A DNA stretch of 64,000 nucleotides from Callorhinchus milii (GCF_018977255.1 NW_024704743.1:44332001-44396000), one strand, 5' to 3'; counted from the first letter of the stretch, positions 12,101 through 27,685 are shown. The notes: generated by a model from the sequence alone, not told the origin. Numbers and translations: made by a program.

Positions 12101-13249
12101 TAATAATGATCCTTGCATTTGATACAGTGCCTTTCATGTCAAGAGGATCTCTCAAAACGCTTCACAGGATTTTCTGACTGTGATTTGTAAGCAAATGCAG
12201 CAATCAATTTTCACACAGCAGTTTCCTACAACCAACCATGAAATAAATGACTAATTTTATCTTGTGACTGTTGGCCAAGACATCTTAAAAGGTTTAAGGG
12301 TTACAGTCTCAGCATAGCTTCTGTTTTTCTTTCTGTTACACATGTAAAATAATTATTTATGATATACATTTCATTTCCAACCAGGGAGAAACAGCTTGAT
12401 CTTTCATGAATCTACATGATGTGACACTATCATTGCTAGAATTTGTTTGTTCCATATGAACTTTTAGATTTATAAAATCTAATTTAATTCACACTATTGT
12501 GTCCACCTACAAAATACAATCACTATACTTTGCAAAAATCTTGTGAAATGCTTTGAGGTGTCCTCCAGATGTGAAAGGCGCTATACCAAACATGAGGATT
12601 ATTATTATTAATTGTCATGATTACAGCTAAACAGACAGTGAAAAATTACATTTTCTGAAGTGTGGTAAGTCTGTAATTCTGAATTAATGCTCAACATTTT
12701 ATATACTAGAGAAAACACAAAAAGATAGATGGTGAATATTGCAAATCTGAAAGAAGTCTAAATGCATTATTCAATCGCATTGTCTTTTAAAAGTCACACG
12801 ATTGAAGTATTGAATTTGATCAATTCTATTCATCTTAATCGCCCTTATAATGTGATTCACAAACTATTGATACATAATCAAAATGTTGGAATAATCTCAA
12901 AAACTTCTATATGTTTTATAAAACCCCAAATTGATACTCTTTTAAAATTCAATATAACTTTGGATGAAAATTACATCTAAATGTGTCTTTCTCTACCTCT
13001 CTTCTGCAGGAAAAAGAATCTAACCTTCCAAATCTTAACTATGTCTGTCCTATGAGTCTTCTAACCCAGGCACAAATGCTACTGGCAAAATGTTATCTTG
13101 TCTGGAAACAACCTGTTTGCATTTGAAACATAAATAAATAATCCTGAATCATAGTCGACACACGCAACAGAATCGATTTTATAGGTAGGGTTTCCCAGAC
13201 CACCATACCTTCAGTAATAATAATAATTTAGTAATAATAGGAAAGTAAT

Positions 13250-13560
13250 GTTTGCATTTTACAGTTTGCATGTTGGGAGGAAGTCTCATCCACAGTGCTT
13301 CACAGGATTGACTTTAAAGTGTGGTAACTGTGCATTTTTTAAGTAAACGCAGCAGCCAATTTGCGCATAACAATGTCCCACAAACAGCCATCAAGTGAAA
13401 GAATAAATGATTAATATTACTTCGGGGACACTTGGCCATGACACTGGGGCAGAAACTCTCTTCTCTTTTCAATTAATGCCAGGGAATCCTAAACATCCTC
13501 CTGAACAGGCAGATACAACCTTGGTTTAACATCTCAACTGAAGGACAATATCTCCACACA
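13250..13560 (-). mobile_element. Old DeuSINE fragment
   Basis: ctgaacaggcagatacaaccttggtttaacatctcaactgaaggac core plus 3' body. Confidence 0.6.
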
Positions 13561-16163
13561 ATACCGTGCACCACCATCTGGCAGGGAGATCGTTGATAGT
13601 ACAGTCGAAATTTATAACAGCAGTCAGTGCGGGGTAAACGTGAGGCAATCCCTAGATTCCAGCAAGGATAATGATCCTGGGGGAGTATATTTTTACTACT
13701 GCTACAACAAATTAAAGCTGTGATAGATCTTAAGGCATGTTTTGAAGATGGCAGGGAGGGAACAAGCCAAAGGGACTCTGTGATAGAGTTCCAGATAGTG
13801 GGGCAGAATGGCTAATGACTCACCTACTGATGGTGGAGTAGATCGGACAGGTGACATTAAGTCGGCCTAAGTTAACTGAACGGATGGAGCAAATGGGACA
13901 GTACGGACACAGGATGTCATCGAGGTAGGGTGGGGCAAGGTTACGGAGGGATTTGAAATTGAGGACGAGGTTCTTGAATCTAGTTCACTAGGGGATTGGC
14001 AACCAGTACAGCTGAACCAAGAGATTTAGTAGCAAAGCCTAAAATTCTAGTTAAAATAATAAAAATGAAGACAGTGAAGAGAAAGAGAAAATAGAGCAAT
14101 GCAGAGGAGCCTGAAGTAATGCTTTTAATTATTGAATGTTTTAATGTATATTTTTACATTAGTAAAAGTGCTGTCTTACTATCACAGTGTGTGAGCTCAA
14201 AATTGTAAAACATTCGACTCTCCCAGGATCATTTTCTGCTTGGATCTAAGGGTTAACTCACATTTATCTTGCAATGTACTTAGTGCTGCAACATATTAAA
14301 CACTTTGATGAAAGTACTGCAAGCTGCACAAAACCACAATTGCAGAGGTACAGAAAATATCTGTGGGTTTTCAGCTACACTAACTGTTTGATTTGATTTC
14401 TTAGCTGATAATAGTATCTGTGGACATAAATAAGATCAAAGGGTCCACAACAAAAATATAGAGTTTGCATTTATTGGAAAACTACAAGATAACTTAAAAT
14501 TAATATAGTTATCTGTAAACAAAAAGGCTTTGGATTGTAATCAAATACATACACGGCTTTTCTAACTCTGAAATAGAATACCCTGCTTTCACACAAAAGC
14601 AAACAGGAAAAAAAATTCAAAAGGATTCAGAGGTCGAAAATTTCCTTCAATCTTAACCTAAGAACATCACCTTAAAATTTAAGATCATTCAGAATCTGAT
14701 AAAATTTAAAATTCTTTCCTAATTTGGAAACAGTTTTTCCATCATTCTTGAAAAGAGTGGTGGTAAATTGGCTTCCAAAGACTGATCTTAAGATTAATCC
14801 AACATTCTGCTCTCTTAAATTTTAATTGTTATGGCTAAAACCATAAGAATATTTTGTCCTCAGATTTGTGATCCAGTTGGACAGACACATGATGGGTTAT
14901 ATTTAGCATAGTTCATTATGATATAGTAAACCTCATATAAGTTGTATCAGTTGGGACCATACATTTAATATGACTTATTATGTGTGAGTTGTCAAACTTG
15001 CATAAGTCATATCATATATGTAAAGCTATGTATAAATCGGATTTTATATGACTAACACATAACAAATACAGTACAAAAGTTCTGTACTGCTGGTGACAAG
15101 GGTGCGAGGGCACAGAGAGCACTGGGGTGCGCATGTGCGGTGTTCTGTTTGAGGTAGGCGCAGGAATCAAGGTTTTGACCCGGCAACCAGTAAGTTTGGT
15201 AGTGGCAACTGCTGAAGTGGGGTTACAAGTTACCCGCTTGTTAATATGACTAACCTGTTTAAATTTAAGTGGATTTAATAGGAAATTGAACAGGACTTGA
15301 GCAGGTGTACAATTTAGGCGATCATACGATTTATACAGTTCAGACATATGCAAGTTTTACTGAATATCTATCCAGCAATTCATTGGTCAATAGCAAAGCT
15401 CTCTCAAAATATCCACACAGCATTTGCCACCTCCAGATATGCCGGCCATGTAAACAAGGTTTTCTCCAGGGAATCTCCCTTCGGTCGTGCAGTTACATAA
15501 CCTCAGCTCCAGTGAGGTCTTAGGTTTGAAGGGAGGAGTAATTAACATAGTTTTCAGGTTTATGCTACAATGTTGCTGAACAACTAATTATAATGTGTGG
15601 GGTGGGGTTACTGAGCCTTGTGGAATCAAATGGGAGCATATTAGTGGTGTTTCGTAACTATCAAATGCAGTATATAAATACCTCAAAATATCACTCTTTA
15701 CCATATTCAACTGTTGTAGCCTTTATATAACATTAAGCAGCCCAGGAAATCAACAAGGAAATCTAAAAAAAGGAAAACCTTTAAAACAGCAATCTGCATG
15801 CTATAAAGAGGATAATACAACAACAATAACAACAACAAAATTTCATTTGTATAGCACCTTTCAGGTCAGAAGGACGTCCCAAGCCGTTGGGATTCTAGTT
15901 TCTAGTGTATATTATGCACTATAAATACCATTATATTTTTTTTCCTACACATCAGTTGTGGGATTTTTCCCTGACTTGAATTTCCTGGTTAAGATTCTCT
16001 CCAATGCTTAGGGCTGATCCTTCAAGATTGCATTTATCAAGCAAAATTAACATCCAGTAAATTATTGGAGGCAAATTTAGCATTAACCCACCAGACTAAA
16101 CCCAGGTTACTGGACTCCAAGATTAATTGGTCCTGGACAGTTTTCTGTACCCATGTCTATATG

Positions 16164-16483
16164 TTGGGCAAGTTTCCTTACTCCACATGCCTCTGATTAC
16201 CTAGCAGTTAGTTGATTGATGGATCGCTTTACTCAGGATAATAATTCCTTCAAAAAAAATTGATCACTTCAATCCACGACTGTTTGTGGTACACTGTTGT
16301 GCGCAATTGGCTGCCACGTTTCGCTCACAAAATATACAGTCAATTCACTTTACAGTATATTCTGTGAAGCGCTTTGGGACGTCCTCCCGACGTGAAAAGC
16401 GCTATATCAAATGCAAGGATTATTATTATTATCTCAAAGACATGATAAGGCACTATATCAAATACAAAGATTATTATTATTAT
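16164..16483 (+). mobile_element. SINE, long subfamily, 5'-truncated, with a second tail
   Basis: gggcaagtttccttactccacatgcctctgattacctagcag central region followed by two successive tails. Confidence 0.85.
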
Positions 16484-16554
16484 AGTACTTGGACCCATGT
16501 GAAGATTGTTAGTCATTTGATCCATTAGAGAGCCTCCTAAGTTTTATTTAAAAT

Positions 16555-17760
16555 GAAATGCAACCCTAAACCTATGCTCTCTTGTTTTGATGCCTTGGTG
16601 CATTCAAAAGTGATGTTCTGGGTTTCATTTCCCAATCCCATTTAAAATTTATATACCTCTTATAAGTGCCCTTTGAGACATTTCTTTTCATGACTGATGA
16701 AATCTAGTTTGTCGAATCGATACTCATAGCTCATTTCTCTAGGGATACTCCTCGTTGCTTTCCTCTGCGTTATTTCTAGGGCCTGGGTAGCCCACTTAGG
16801 TTGAGGCAACTAGAACTGTGCTCCAGATGTGGCCTGACCAGATCACTGTGCACCTTTGTATGACTCCTGGGAGCTCTAATTTAACAATATAGCCCAGCAT
16901 CTAGTTTTTCTTGTTTACTGAAGCCTGTTTTGACAGGTGAGCTACGAGTCAACTAGCATGTCTAGATTTCTTTCAGCTTCCCCTTAGCAAGTTTTATTTA
17001 TTCCCTGGAGTACCTGTACAGGTTTTTCCTATTTTTACATTGAAATGCAGTACTTGCATTTATCTGTACTGAACTTCATTTGCCAGTCATCAGCATATGT
17101 ATATATCATATCAAGCTCTCTCTGTAAGATCTTTACGTCCTCCTCTGATGTACAGTTTCCCCAGTGGTGATTTACTCTCTCATAATGTCTGTCAGTGCTA
17201 CACAAATCTCCTATTTTTTTCTCCCTAAGTACCTTAAGGTACGGTTCATCTGTCCCAGGGGATTTGTTAGTTTTCAGTCCCTTAAGCATATCTAGAATCT
17301 CATCCTCACTTATGTCAAAGTCCTGAAGCTCAAACAAAGTTGAGTGAATAATAGTAGGCATAATTTTAGAGTCATCTCTGGTAAAAACCTCCAGAAAGTA
17401 GTCATTTAATATATTCACTCTCTCAAGAACATGCTCTTTTTCAAGCACTTTTGAGTCTGTTAAAGTTTAATGTCTTCCCTGACTATCCTCTTACTATTCT
17501 AATATTGAAAGAATGTTTCAGCATTATGTTTTAAATTTGCTGCTATATCTTTCTGTTTTTCTCTTGGCTCTCCTAATCTCCTTCTTTACCTCTTTTTGTA
17601 CAATATTGTATTCAGTGCATTGATCACCTTCTCATTTCTCTGAATGTGCTTGATGAATTTTCTTTTCTTCCTCAATCACCCTTTTTACATTTATGGGTGC
17701 TTTTGTTTTAAGGTTCTCCTGTTGTGTTTCGGTACGTACTTGTCCTGCATGCTCTGCATA
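16555..17760 (-). mobile_element. Old CR1 ORF2 fragment
   Basis: ILNDYFLEVFT...LKTNKSPG, WQMKFSTDKCK. Confidence 0.8.
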
Positions 17761-20689
17761 ATTTTTTTTATCAGTATCAGTAACTAAGTAACTCACTTAC
17801 ATCCATGTAAAATGGATATTATGTAAAATATGTCAATTCTAGATTTCTCCCTAAAACAATCTTGAAATTCCATCCTACTTGCAGTTGGCCAGGTCCTCAT
17901 GCCATTCTATAAAATTGTACGACCTCACAGCTTTTGAAAGCAAAGCTCGTATTTCCCTGTACGAGCCCAAAATATGCTTCCTACAAGAAAGGAGGTAATT
18001 ATTTAGGCCTTGTGCTTTTGGGACTCCATATTCTTGATCTTTATCCAAATTAGTAATGGAATACATTCTACCCTGCTTCCATTTAGCCAGAAAGAAACCC
18101 CCTAGAAATATTTGAGGTCATTGGCTACAACTTAAGCCAACTACTTAATAAACACATAATTTTGGAAAGCATCTGTAAGGCTGCCATCTGAAGCAAGCTG
18201 CATTATTTTACAAAACGCGGCTGCTAGAAGAGTCTTATAAAGAGGGCTAATGTTTTATCTTGCTCAAAAGGCTTATCCTCCTTATCAAAGGAGTTCTTCA
18301 TTCTTGAAATGAAAGCTTCCAGCATATACTACTCATCCAACAAGCTGCTCCCATTCTCTCTTGTTCAGAAGGATCTGTTTATTAGTACCACTTTTTATGT
18401 TAGGAGTTTTTAATTAAACCGTGGAACGATATAACAGGGACTGCCACACAAAGCAGGACCTTAGCATGGAGATAGGAATGGAGTGTGAAAAGAGAGTGTA
18501 GAGGATACTGTATTAAATTGATAGACCTTTAGTGAATTTCATGATCACCGTGCTCATGTCTGAAAACTGGAAAGAGGTGAAACGTGAAATATTTATTTTA
18601 TGTTAATCGCCCAATTCTAGCTTTTATCTGTGATAAAGTAAATCCATGGCTGTGGCACAACCCAATGCCCACACCACAAGCAGGTAGGATTCTACAATAA
18701 TAATGAGCAATAATAATAATTAATAATCCTTGCATTTTATTTGACGCCTTATCATGTCTTTTAGATGTATCAAAGCCCTTCACAGAATGTACTGTAAAGT
18801 GAATTGTTTGTATATTTTGTGAAAGTAATTATGGGTAATACATGGATTGAGCCTAGAGAATAGGAAATGCCAAGAGGTGACAACAAAATGTAAATGTTAC
18901 TATGAAAGGGACATTAATAAGCCTCTTATATAATCAAAAATCTCTCATTTTCAAATGTAGTTAGTAATCTAGTTCACACAGGACAAATATAATATTGGGT
19001 GTTAGGGTTGCCATTTGCATTCAAAAAAATTACAATTTTACCACGACTGTATGCTTTCTCATTTTGAATGCTCTGTCCTTGCCCATGGGAGACAATAAGC
19101 TCCTAAAGCTCTTCCAGTTTTGTTGCTCATTTAACCTCTAGTAGGTGTGCAAGTGGCACAGGATGGCTTGGTCACTATATTTTTATTTGACTCCGTTCCT
19201 CCATCAATCTAAGGAACCCATGGCTTGCTAACTTTCTTTAACAGTTTTAAAGGCAAATGGGAAATTGTGGGTGCAGTCTACTTCCTCAGACAGAATGCAT
19301 TATTTAGGAATAGAGATAATATTTTTGTACATATGTCATATATAAATATAAAAATCAATTCTAAAAGTACACCTATTTGTAGTGTAATCATTATGATCGC
19401 TGATTATGCAGGTTTAATATGCTGTGATTTCTAATATGATTCCTTAATAAGGAAACTGAGTGCAGTTTTTATATAAATGTTAACTAGCTTGTGGGAGCTT
19501 TGCTTTGAAAGTGTGTCAGAGTGGCATTCCCACACCATGATGTGACTTATTTCCAGTTTTGTTATTAAGGAATCCTTTAAGAAATCACTGCATTTTAGTC
19601 CCCAAATGTGAAAATTCACGTAAATATTTAGATTTATTTTATTGTACTGTGTAAACTAAACTGACAATAATTTCTGGAGAATATGATTGAAGCATAAAAA
19701 AGTAAGTAATTTGTAAGAAACAGATTTAATGTGATTACATGTTTGTAAACTATGACACAATAAAAGTCCATGTGCCATTTTTTCCTTTGCCAAGTATAAT
19801 AAAGTCTGATGTATATCATTTGGAAAAAACTCTTAAGCTCTCCCTTTAAAAACTTGCTGTTGAAGTGGTGGAAATAGTCATATACTTGATTATATTCTTG
19901 TAAGACTTCAGATTTACATTATGGTCAGCCTTCCTGGAAATAGATGAAATCTGAACAAAAGAATGTATGAGGAGCAAAGAGGGGTTGGTCTCAAAACATT
20001 GCAGATGGAGACTGATTATCTAAACTACAGGAAGAATAAATATTGGCTCAGTTATCTCTGAGCAGTTCACAATAATTGAAAACTTTACAGTCAGCCGCTG
20101 TGACTGCCAGGTGGTTAAGAAGGAGAAAAATGGCAAATATATTTCATTTGGCAAGTCTTGTAATGTTCCATGTTAGCCTGATTATACACAGATACAGCTT
20201 GGGAGCAATGGCATTTATCATTGTATCACTTGCTGTCAGGGAAACTGAGTTGTGTCTTGGCAGGAAAGAGAGAGAGAAGAATGTCATAGCCCTGAACTGG
20301 CCTGGATCCAAAAGTACTGACTGTATAATTGAGATTGATAGGTAGTGTAACATTTCACCTATACAAATGCAATTTAGTGAAGTGTTAGATCAAGAGGAGG
20401 AACATGTCAAGTTCAAATTTCGGATATCAAATCTAAATAATGATTCAATCATCATCTATCAAGATCTTTTATCAATATCAATTATGAGAAGTCACCATAA
20501 AGATTGTGATTAATTATAATCATTAAAATGACTGCTGATCAAAAAACAAGTTTGAGATCATGTTCTTAATGGAATCTGCCTGCCAGGTCACCAAATTAAG
20601 GAGGATTGGAAAAGAGTGGTAAAGGTGATTCTTATTCAAGATTTATCATTCCGTAAGCAGTTTAGTGCATTTTTGTGTGATGATGATCT

Positions 20690-21305
20690 ATTTGACTGGC
20701 TCCAAGGTAACATACCTGGCAATGGATTGTCAGAAACAAGATTAACTGCTGTGACGGTCTCATCGGTCCAGTTCCTGAGCCAGGTGGGTCTGCAGTATTC
20801 TGATGATAGACCACTCTGCTTGGTTCATCAGCAGTACCTGGAGGGGCAAACTGGTCACTGGGGGAGAGACATTATGCCCACTCAACTACTGTTAGCCCTG
20901 TAAGCAAAATGCCCTGACAAATAAGGTGGTCCTAGCTGGACAAGCATCAGGAAGCTTGCCAGACAGTGCATTCAATGGTAAGGTATGTAGTACCTTTAGC
21001 TGGTTAAACTCCAGCAGTACCCCAACACACATTCTGGGTCACCTTGGCTCTTGCCAACCTTTGCGTAATATTCTCCGGAATTAAGTTTTGAACAATTGCC
21101 TGCTGCGTTTCGCCCACATAATATACAGTCAATTCACTTTACAATATATTCTGTGATGTGCTTGGAGACTTCTCGATGACATGATAAGGAAACAGGGTGT
21201 GTCCAGCCAAGGAGAGTGTATATTCCATGTGTACATGGAACACTCAGTCTGGTTTGAATACTCTTAAGCATGATGATGAGTTTTCTCATGTATCAAACAC
21301 TGGCT
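20690..21305 (-). repeat. Unclassified interspersed repeat, longest copy
   Basis: Homologous to copies at about 2955-3290, 26315-26850, 30428-30872 and 63065-63445. Confidence 0.75.
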
Positions 21306-22538
21306 GATAAAACAAAAGAATAGTCAAATAAATTGTTGGAATTAACTTTTTTGATTGATTTAAAATTCAACAAAAATACCATTGATTCTCCTTTGAACAA
21401 CCAAATTAATTCCAATAAATGTTGGTATTTTTAATTGCATTTACAGTAATTCCTACCTGATGCCAAGGAAGCATTATCTAAAATAACAACTCAGCAATAT
21501 CAGCAACCACAAACCACTTGGGATGATTCTCTGTTTGTCATTTCTGTTTAACTTTGGTGTATATTTGGGAAATTAGGTTATGGGGTGAATAATATCTAAC
21601 TTGATGTGACATTTTTTGATGGAGATGGCTCAAGCCCCTCCACACCTCCCCCGTCCCCCCGCTTCACTTCATTCAAATTGTTTTGCCCAAAAGCCAGTTG
21701 TGCAAGTTTAGAGTTGGTCAGCAGTGCCTTTGATCCTACCAGAGCCCAGAAGTTCAGTGCCAGTTCAGGGGATACCATCGTAATTCAGCTTCTAAATTTG
21801 AGTTAACCTGGTGTTCCCCAAATTGGGACTGAAATACTGGGATGGGATCTGTCCAGCAGGATCGAAGCTGTTTCCAGTCAGCTCAATAGATGAAGCACTG
21901 GCTTTTGGGCAAGACCATTTAATTAGTCGTGGAGTGTTCCCCTGCGGCACTTATCGACTGGGACATCTAAAGGAGGTGGATGTTCCAGGATATAATTAGC
22001 ACATAACATATTTTCACACCCCATAAGTACACACTGCCATGGGTGGTAAGATGAACAAGTGGAGAATAGCATCCTCAGTTAATTTGAAGTGAAAAATAAC
22101 TTTGATGCTGGGTTGCAAATTGTGGCTTTCCTATCTTAGTCCTATTGTTAAAACACTTAGACTGTGTGATTCCAAGTCCCATCCTGGCGCTTGAACCCAC
22201 ATCCTTCTGACCCAGAAGCAAGAGTGAGCAAGGCTGACACACAAAATGAAATGAGATCTTATTACATGGAATCAGTGCCGCAAGTGAGTTCTGCACAGGA
22301 TTGGGAGCATAATACAATAGTATTCTGCAAATGTATCACCTTCATTCTCCATCTTTCATACACCATGTAAATTGTACATTGTAAAACTACTTTCGCAGCA
22401 GGATTTAGATTTTACATGAGTTAATAATACCCAAGAGTATGTAATGTCAGTAAATTATTGGCATCATGTTCGGCCAGTGTAAACAGAGCCCTTGTTGATC
22501 TTGCTTTCTGTGAACTAATTGATTTTGCATTAATTTGA

Positions 22539-22700
<162 letters not shown>

Positions 22701-24589
22701 TGATAATCTTTGATCTCTTTGCACTTCATCTGTCCAGTTCCATTTTTTAATTATTTGCTGATAACACAATTATATACTTGAGTTTTTTAAAACCTCCTTT
22801 AAGATTAATCTTATCTTATATTTGGGTTACAATTGTATTTACACTTTGTGCAAAATATAATTTGAGTATGTAGTGTGGCAAACAGATAACTCAGTGGATA
22901 CATGCTTGTAATTTGTGTAACAGTCCTGAAAGAGGTGTACAATAATCTGTTGAAGCCTTAAACCCTCAAAATACTGAATCCTGTTTTTCAATTGTCTGGA
23001 AACATGATATGCTGTTAGATTGCTGGGTGCAACTTATTGCACTGTGGCATCATTACATCTGAATATTAAAAGCACTTAAATGCATGAAGAGTTTTTGCTC
23101 AGACTTGAAATCAATAATTTAGCTGCATAAGAATTCAATTTTATTCTACAACTGATCATAACTGCACACTTTTGAGTCTGATTTGTTTTCTTCTCCACAA
23201 ATGTAAAATGTACTACTTAAATCATTAATCTGAATTCCAAGACAATGGTTTCATATATAAACAGTATCGAATAGCTATTTTCAAGTTACTTATTCTGCTT
23301 CCAGCTTTAGTTGCAAATGTCCTCATTAGAAAACATAGAGCCAGGGCTGGAATGACAGCTAATTAACTCTCTGAGGCATAGAATACCAACTATGTGAAAA
23401 GGGCAGTATTTGTTGAATACTCTAGATGGGATTATAAAACTATGATCCTCTGATTTTTTTTCCCCTCTTTCTAGTGTTCTGCCCTTTTTCAAAGTACCTA
23501 TAATCATCTGCGTCTACTTAATCATCTCTGACAAATACTGGAAAACACTTTACTAATTACTTGTTTAGGGTTGTCACAGGTGAAACCCTTAACACACATT
23601 GTGCTGTACTATCTGATTCCTTCTTACCAGTGTGTGAAGAACCTAATAAACAGCCGTGTTGGGCCCATTTAATTTCCCCACATGCTGTCTTTTAGGCTCA
23701 TATATCTAATCCGATCATTAATAGAGAATTCAAATCAGGGAAGAATGCAGAATTAAAAGCAACAATTTAATTCTACTTCAGGATTCCTTCAAGGAAGAAT
23801 CATTATTGTCTTTCTCTAGAGTCATGTTCAGGGGGGAAATCCTGTGTAAATATAACAACATATCAATATTGCTACCATGAGATGTTAAGTACTGTTTAAT
23901 CTACTTAATACTGATGCCACAGTGCAATATGTTGCACCCAGCAATCTAACAGCACTACCTCTTCTCCACTTGGAACCTAAGTGGGGAATAATTTACCAGT
24001 GGAGGGGGATTGCAATAGATACTTAGATGAGGAAGCTGTCAAGAGGGGTTACCTTCTACATATTGAGGCCAGATTGTAGAGATTATTCATTCCACTCACT
24101 CAGGGAGCCCCAATCTTGTCAACATTGCAGTCTGTGTGTGAGGACTGCACTATTCTCAGGAGCTGTAAAGGAACTTGTATGTTCTAGTCCCCAGAGTGTC
24201 TGTCTTATTAGGAGATTCTGCTTGATCCTGAATCCCAAACTACTGAACAACAGCAGGCCAGCAGATACATTATATCTAACAGTATTACCTATTAAATCAG
24301 GCATATCCTTCTGCTTCAGATAATTCAGGCAGTTTGCCCAGATTAGTTGTTATCAATCACATAAAGACAATATAAAAGATCGTATAATTAAATAAAAATG
24401 GTGAGGCTAGGAAACATTTAAAAGGCTGTTGAGGTTAAATAATAGGATTATTAAAAGAAACACACAGCAATATAAAAAAGTAGATTGAAGATAGCAGCAA
24501 GCCACAAACCAACATTTTCTTTTGCTATGTTACCAGTTAACTGTTTGTTAAACACCAGATGGTTCTTTAAGTTTGAAACAGATGGAAGA

Positions 24590-24935
24590 AGCCCTTATAG
24601 TGCAGTGGATAGAGCTGCAATTTAGGGAGCTGGAGCTCACTAGTTAAAATCCCGGTCCATACTGAGTTTGTTAGTTTTTGGGTTTAGCTGAGATTGCATG
24701 GGGTGGCTAAATTGCCACTGGCCTTCGCAAGATTAGGGAAGAAAAACAGCTAGGATTGCTGTTACTGCTCTCTATTGTTGTGTGCCTGTTTGGCAGCCGG
24801 ATGGAGAGAGGTCAGGCTTGGCTGTCAAGCCCACTATAGTCGTGTGTCCTGCCAGTGATCACTGCCAAGGCTCCCACATGAACAAGGGCTATTTAGGTGG
24901 GGATCCCAGAGGGTAATTGGCACCTGTGAAACACT
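24590..24935 (+). mobile_element. AmnSINE2-like ancient SINE
   Basis: Collinear with 3640-3964 (ttagggaagaaaaacagctagg...caaggctcccacatgaacaagg). Confidence 0.6.
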
Positions 24936-26314
24936 AGCAAGGTCAAACCAACAACAGAAGAATGCAAATAGAGAGAAAACAATAATAATTGGACACTATT
25001 TTGGGACAGTGAAATTTAACATGGACTTTCAATTTAGAAATACCTAAATTAACAACTAATACAAAGGATTTATTAAAGGATTCATTACTAAGAACCAGTC
25101 CTTTCCTTGTTAATTCTATTATTAAGGAAAATTTTAATTTCCTCTGTGCACATGGTTTGTACAACTCACATAAAAGACTCCCAATGAGTCAAAGGAAATG
25201 GATGTAATCTTAAAATTACTGCTAAAACAATTAAAAATAAATCCAGAAGGTCTTGACGAAATGGTTATGTAAATATACAATACACCACTGCATAAGTGCA
25301 GAAATGCAAAAGTTGTTTGAAAGGCACGCAGATAGGTACTTGGGAAATAATATCATTAAGATGTATGGAGAAAGCAGGGAAATTAAAATAAAAATGTTAA
25401 AGGCTGCCATGATGTAATACAATGGTGGAACAGGTTTGACTGGTTAAATGGCTTATTCATCTTCTTATGGGTGATAACTATCACATTAGACATATTATAA
25501 AACACCATCAAATTTAGACCTGTTCCTTAACCATTGCTGCTTACTATTCTGCCTTCTCCCAATTTCCCCGCATTGCTTACATCCAATCCAGGCAATTCTT
25601 GATTTTTCCAAATTTTTCCAAATTTTTGCCGGAGAGGCAGTATTTGAGTGCCTCTTCACCAACAGAATTAGTCTGTATCCTTTGACCTGACCTTCAATTG
25701 AACCTTCAATTGAATCAAAAGAGAGAGACAGATCAGTGTTTGATCATTAAGGGATGTGGAGAAAAGGGAGGAGGAATGGGATTAAAAAGATAAAGTACTG
25801 CCAGGAGCAAATACAAAATGCTACAGCAGCTAAATGGTCCTCCTGCTACTATGTTCCTAAATTATTCTAACATTGTATGGATTAATAGGGAGGCCATATT
25901 TGGAACACAGGGTGTAATTTTTGAGCATGCTACTAACTTCAGAAGATCATTGAGTTTTGGATAGAATTCAGAAACAACTGGTGTTTGAGTATGTCTGGTT
26001 TGTATGGCTTAGTTTTCCACTAGGTCATTCCTTCTGTAAAGGAATAGTCATAGTACCTCAGCCGATTTTCTTATCCATCTTTGCTATTGTGCACTTCTTC
26101 ACTGTATACATGTTTCTTGTTATACATTGTTTCAACATGTATTCACATTGAAATCCATCTGCCTTTCCTTGTCCCATCGTTTAGTAGTGCTGATCCCTTT
26201 CCTACAATCTCTCTTAGACTTATTTGCAAGTTGCTTAGAATAAGTGTTATTAGCAAATTATACAATACAGTATTTTAAAAAACACTTCCCTCCATTATCA
26301 TTCATTTTATCTGA

Positions 26315-26850
26315 GGGTCAGCCGGATGTCTGACACATGTGGAAACTCATCACTATGCTTGAGTATACAAAACAAACAGTGTTCCATACATCAACCTACA
26401 CATTGGAAATTCTTGCAATATGTATTGCAATCCTGCTTTCCTAAAACTGGAGAGTATTAGGTGCAGGTTGGCAAGGGCTGAGGCTTGGGGACCCCGGAGT
26501 GCATTGGGATACTCCTGCAGTCTAATCAGCTAAAACCACACAGCTTGCCATTGAAACACTGTCTGGCAAGCTTTCACATTGCTTGTTCAGCTAGGACCAC
26601 CCTACGTGTTAGGATTTTGGCTTGCAGGATTAACAGAAGATGAGTGGGAAGAATCCCTGCCCCCAATGACTTGTTTGCCCTTCCAAGTCCTGCCAATGAG
26701 CCAGGCTTGCTGGGCTGTCATCAGCAATGCCATGGAGTACTGCAGATCCGTCTTGTGAAGTTCTAGCCACCTTGATATTCTCAAGTCCAATGCCAGGTAG
26801 TATGCTTATTCAGCACCAGCTGCTTAATCCAGGATCTCACGTGAGGGGCT
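26315..26850 (+). repeat. Unclassified interspersed repeat
   Basis: Same core as 30428-30872. Confidence 0.75.
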
Positions 26851-26874
26851 TTGACAAATAGATATGCCCGCTGT

Positions 26875-27254
26875 GTTACCCCCTCCTACCTCTCTGACCT
26901 GCTGACTCCCTACCAACCTGCCCGCTCCCTCCTCTCAGCGGGCTCTGGTCTGCTCCATGTCTTCCGCCCAACTCGCCCTATGATCAGTAGCCGAGATTTC
27001 AGTCTCTCCGCCCCCACACTCTGGAACTCCATCCCACAGTCCCTTTGCCTCCCTTGCCTCCTTCAAGACCGGTCTCAAGACCCTCCTCTTCGATCGTGGA
27101 TTCAGTCACCCTCCCACTTCTCTGCCTTCCCTCACCCCTACCCCATCCCTCCCTCCTGCTCGGGTCCTGATCCCTGACTGTCCAGAACCTTGGGACGTCC
27201 TCCCGACATGAAAGGCACTCTATAAATGTAAATTTGTTGTTGTTGTTGTTGTTG
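26875..27254 (+). mobile_element. L2 3' end
   Basis: APTLWNSIP; tail gggacgtcctcccgacatgaaagg...(ttg)n. Confidence 0.88.
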
Positions 27255-27562
27255 AAGCCAGCTCCTCCTTCAGGATGCTCAGCCTCAGGTCAGTATAGGC
27301 TGGAGCCCTCCCTCCCTGCTTCCCATGATTGCCATAAATGGGCTGGAGGAAGCCTTTCTCCTGCACCATTAGCATCCCTGAATAGTGTGGGCTTCACTGG
27401 TCACTTGGCCAAACTGAGGTTTAAGTAAAGTTGGATTATTTGGAAACAGAACAAATGTTACTTTAGGTTGGTGCCTATGGCATTGTTTGGAATATATTAT
27501 ATTTTATTTTGGCTTCTTATGTACAAAAACTTACTAATTATATTATGGTCTCTTGTGTATAA

Positions 27563-27685
<123 letters not shown>

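Noticed and set aside
21270..21308. C-box (atgatga) and D-box (ctga) pair
   Set aside because: Too close together for a C/D snoRNA and lies within an interspersed repeat.
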